64,000 nt of DNA from Octopus vulgaris (lineage: Eukaryota), in the NCBI GenBank assembly GCA_951406725.2, contig OX597834.1:18538001-18602000 (forward strand), read 5' to 3'. The translations under genes and the position numbers were made by a program. The notes beneath the pieces were generated by a model. It was not told where the DNA came from, did no database searches, and saw only the letters and a program-made list of their open reading frames with translations. Positions 62,274-64,000 of this stretch are shown piece after piece. The first letter of the stretch is position 1; each line of letters begins with the position of its first letter.

Positions 62274-62407
<134 letters not shown>

Positions 62408-62422
62408 GTCAGGACTTCATAT

Positions 62423-62478
<56 letters not shown>

Positions 62479-62919
62479 AAGGAATAAAAGTTGCAGCTGT
62501 GATGATGCTGACTTGGCGAAGATTCTGAGAGTAGTAGTAGTAGTAGTAGTAGTAGTAACAACAACAAATGTGGTGAAGATGGAAGTAGCCTTAGCTTGGA
62601 TGCGATGACAACAATGGTGGCGATGTTGTTGTTGTTGTTGTTATTGGTGATGGTGATGGTGATGGTGGTGGTGGTGTTAATAATAGTTACGAGACAAACA
62701 AAAGAATATTGAAAAAATTAAACAACAAACAAATCAAGAAGAACCAAAAGCATAACAAATAACGAAAGCAACAACAACGACAATAACAACAATATTGGCT
62801 GCAAGAATAAGAAGAAGAACAAAAGTGTTGTTTGTGTATGAAGTGGATTGGTGAAGCGATAAAAGTTTTGAGAGGAATAGGAGTGGGGGAGAGGGAAAGA
62901 GAGGGTGTGTGTGTGATGT

Positions 62920-63390
<471 letters not shown>

Positions 63391-63716
63391 GATGGTCTAA
63401 TTGTCCAAATATGGTGGCAATAAATGTTGAAATGATGTTAATGTCGTATTTGAGTCAATTATTGATTTCCTGATATCAAGGATACATCATCGCCTCGGAC
63501 GGCGGAGTCGGTCAGGGGTGGGTGATGGTTATTCCTTATTTATTACTTGTATGCGTATATATGTGTGTGTGTGTGTGTAAGTGTGCACGTGTGTGCTGAG
63601 AGCGTTGAAATGAAATGGGAATCGAAACCCGATCGTAGAGACTCGGCTGGTCGAAGGCAAACATGTACTTTGCCGTTCACAAAAATACAATGACGACGAC
63701 GAGTCAAACAGAGGTG

Positions 63717-63807
<91 letters not shown>

Positions 63808-64000
63808 ATAAGCGGTCACTTGACTTTCCGGAATTACCAACCAAACACTCCCTCATACCACACCCTACTGTTTGAACACAGGAAACTAACGGGGAGGAGG
63901 GAAGGAGAAAGGAAGGGGAGTCCTGGTCCAGATTCTGACTCCAAAGAGAACTCTGCTAAAGGTATCAAAGAGCCAAGTGGTAATGTGAAAACCGGGTGAC

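Noticed and set aside
63810-64000. Open frame at the window end
   Set aside because: No clear splice site or homology; cannot be judged at the window edge.

Overview
AT-rich eukaryotic DNA dense in SINEs, MITEs and microsatellites. The repeat families suggest a coleoid cephalopod, probably Octopus (inferred). Almost all ORF-track entries are repeat artefacts. One gene is well supported: a minus-strand GLIPR2/GAPR-1-like CAP (PR-1) protein with coding exons 6153-5835, 3621-3544 and 1232-1078 (183 aa, N-terminal MGCxxS lipidation motif). A second, unidentified minus-strand gene has a terminal exon at 27057-26767 and further candidate exons upstream. Mobile DNA includes two RTE LINE remnants, Tc1, mariner and pogo transposase fragments, a non-autonomous Helitron, hAT and piggyBac MITEs, a GG..CC MITE family with 8-bp TSDs (Merlin-like) and at least four SINE families. 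The most interesting signals concern splicing architecture. There are candidate microexons of 7, 9, 11 and 11 nt. The 7-nt exon (ATGTAAG) reads as a start-stop uORF, yet it also links an upstream coding exon in frame to the GAPR-1 exon. A perfect 21-bp long-range inverted pair brackets that cassette. The two 11-nt microexons are duplicates, and one is flanked by inverted MITEs. Also present are a recursive-splice-like site, a fourfold composite TAATCA-N15-kappaB element, a pre-miRNA-like hairpin and degenerate hammerhead ribozymes. All splice models beyond the core GAPR-1 exons are predictions that need RNA evidence.
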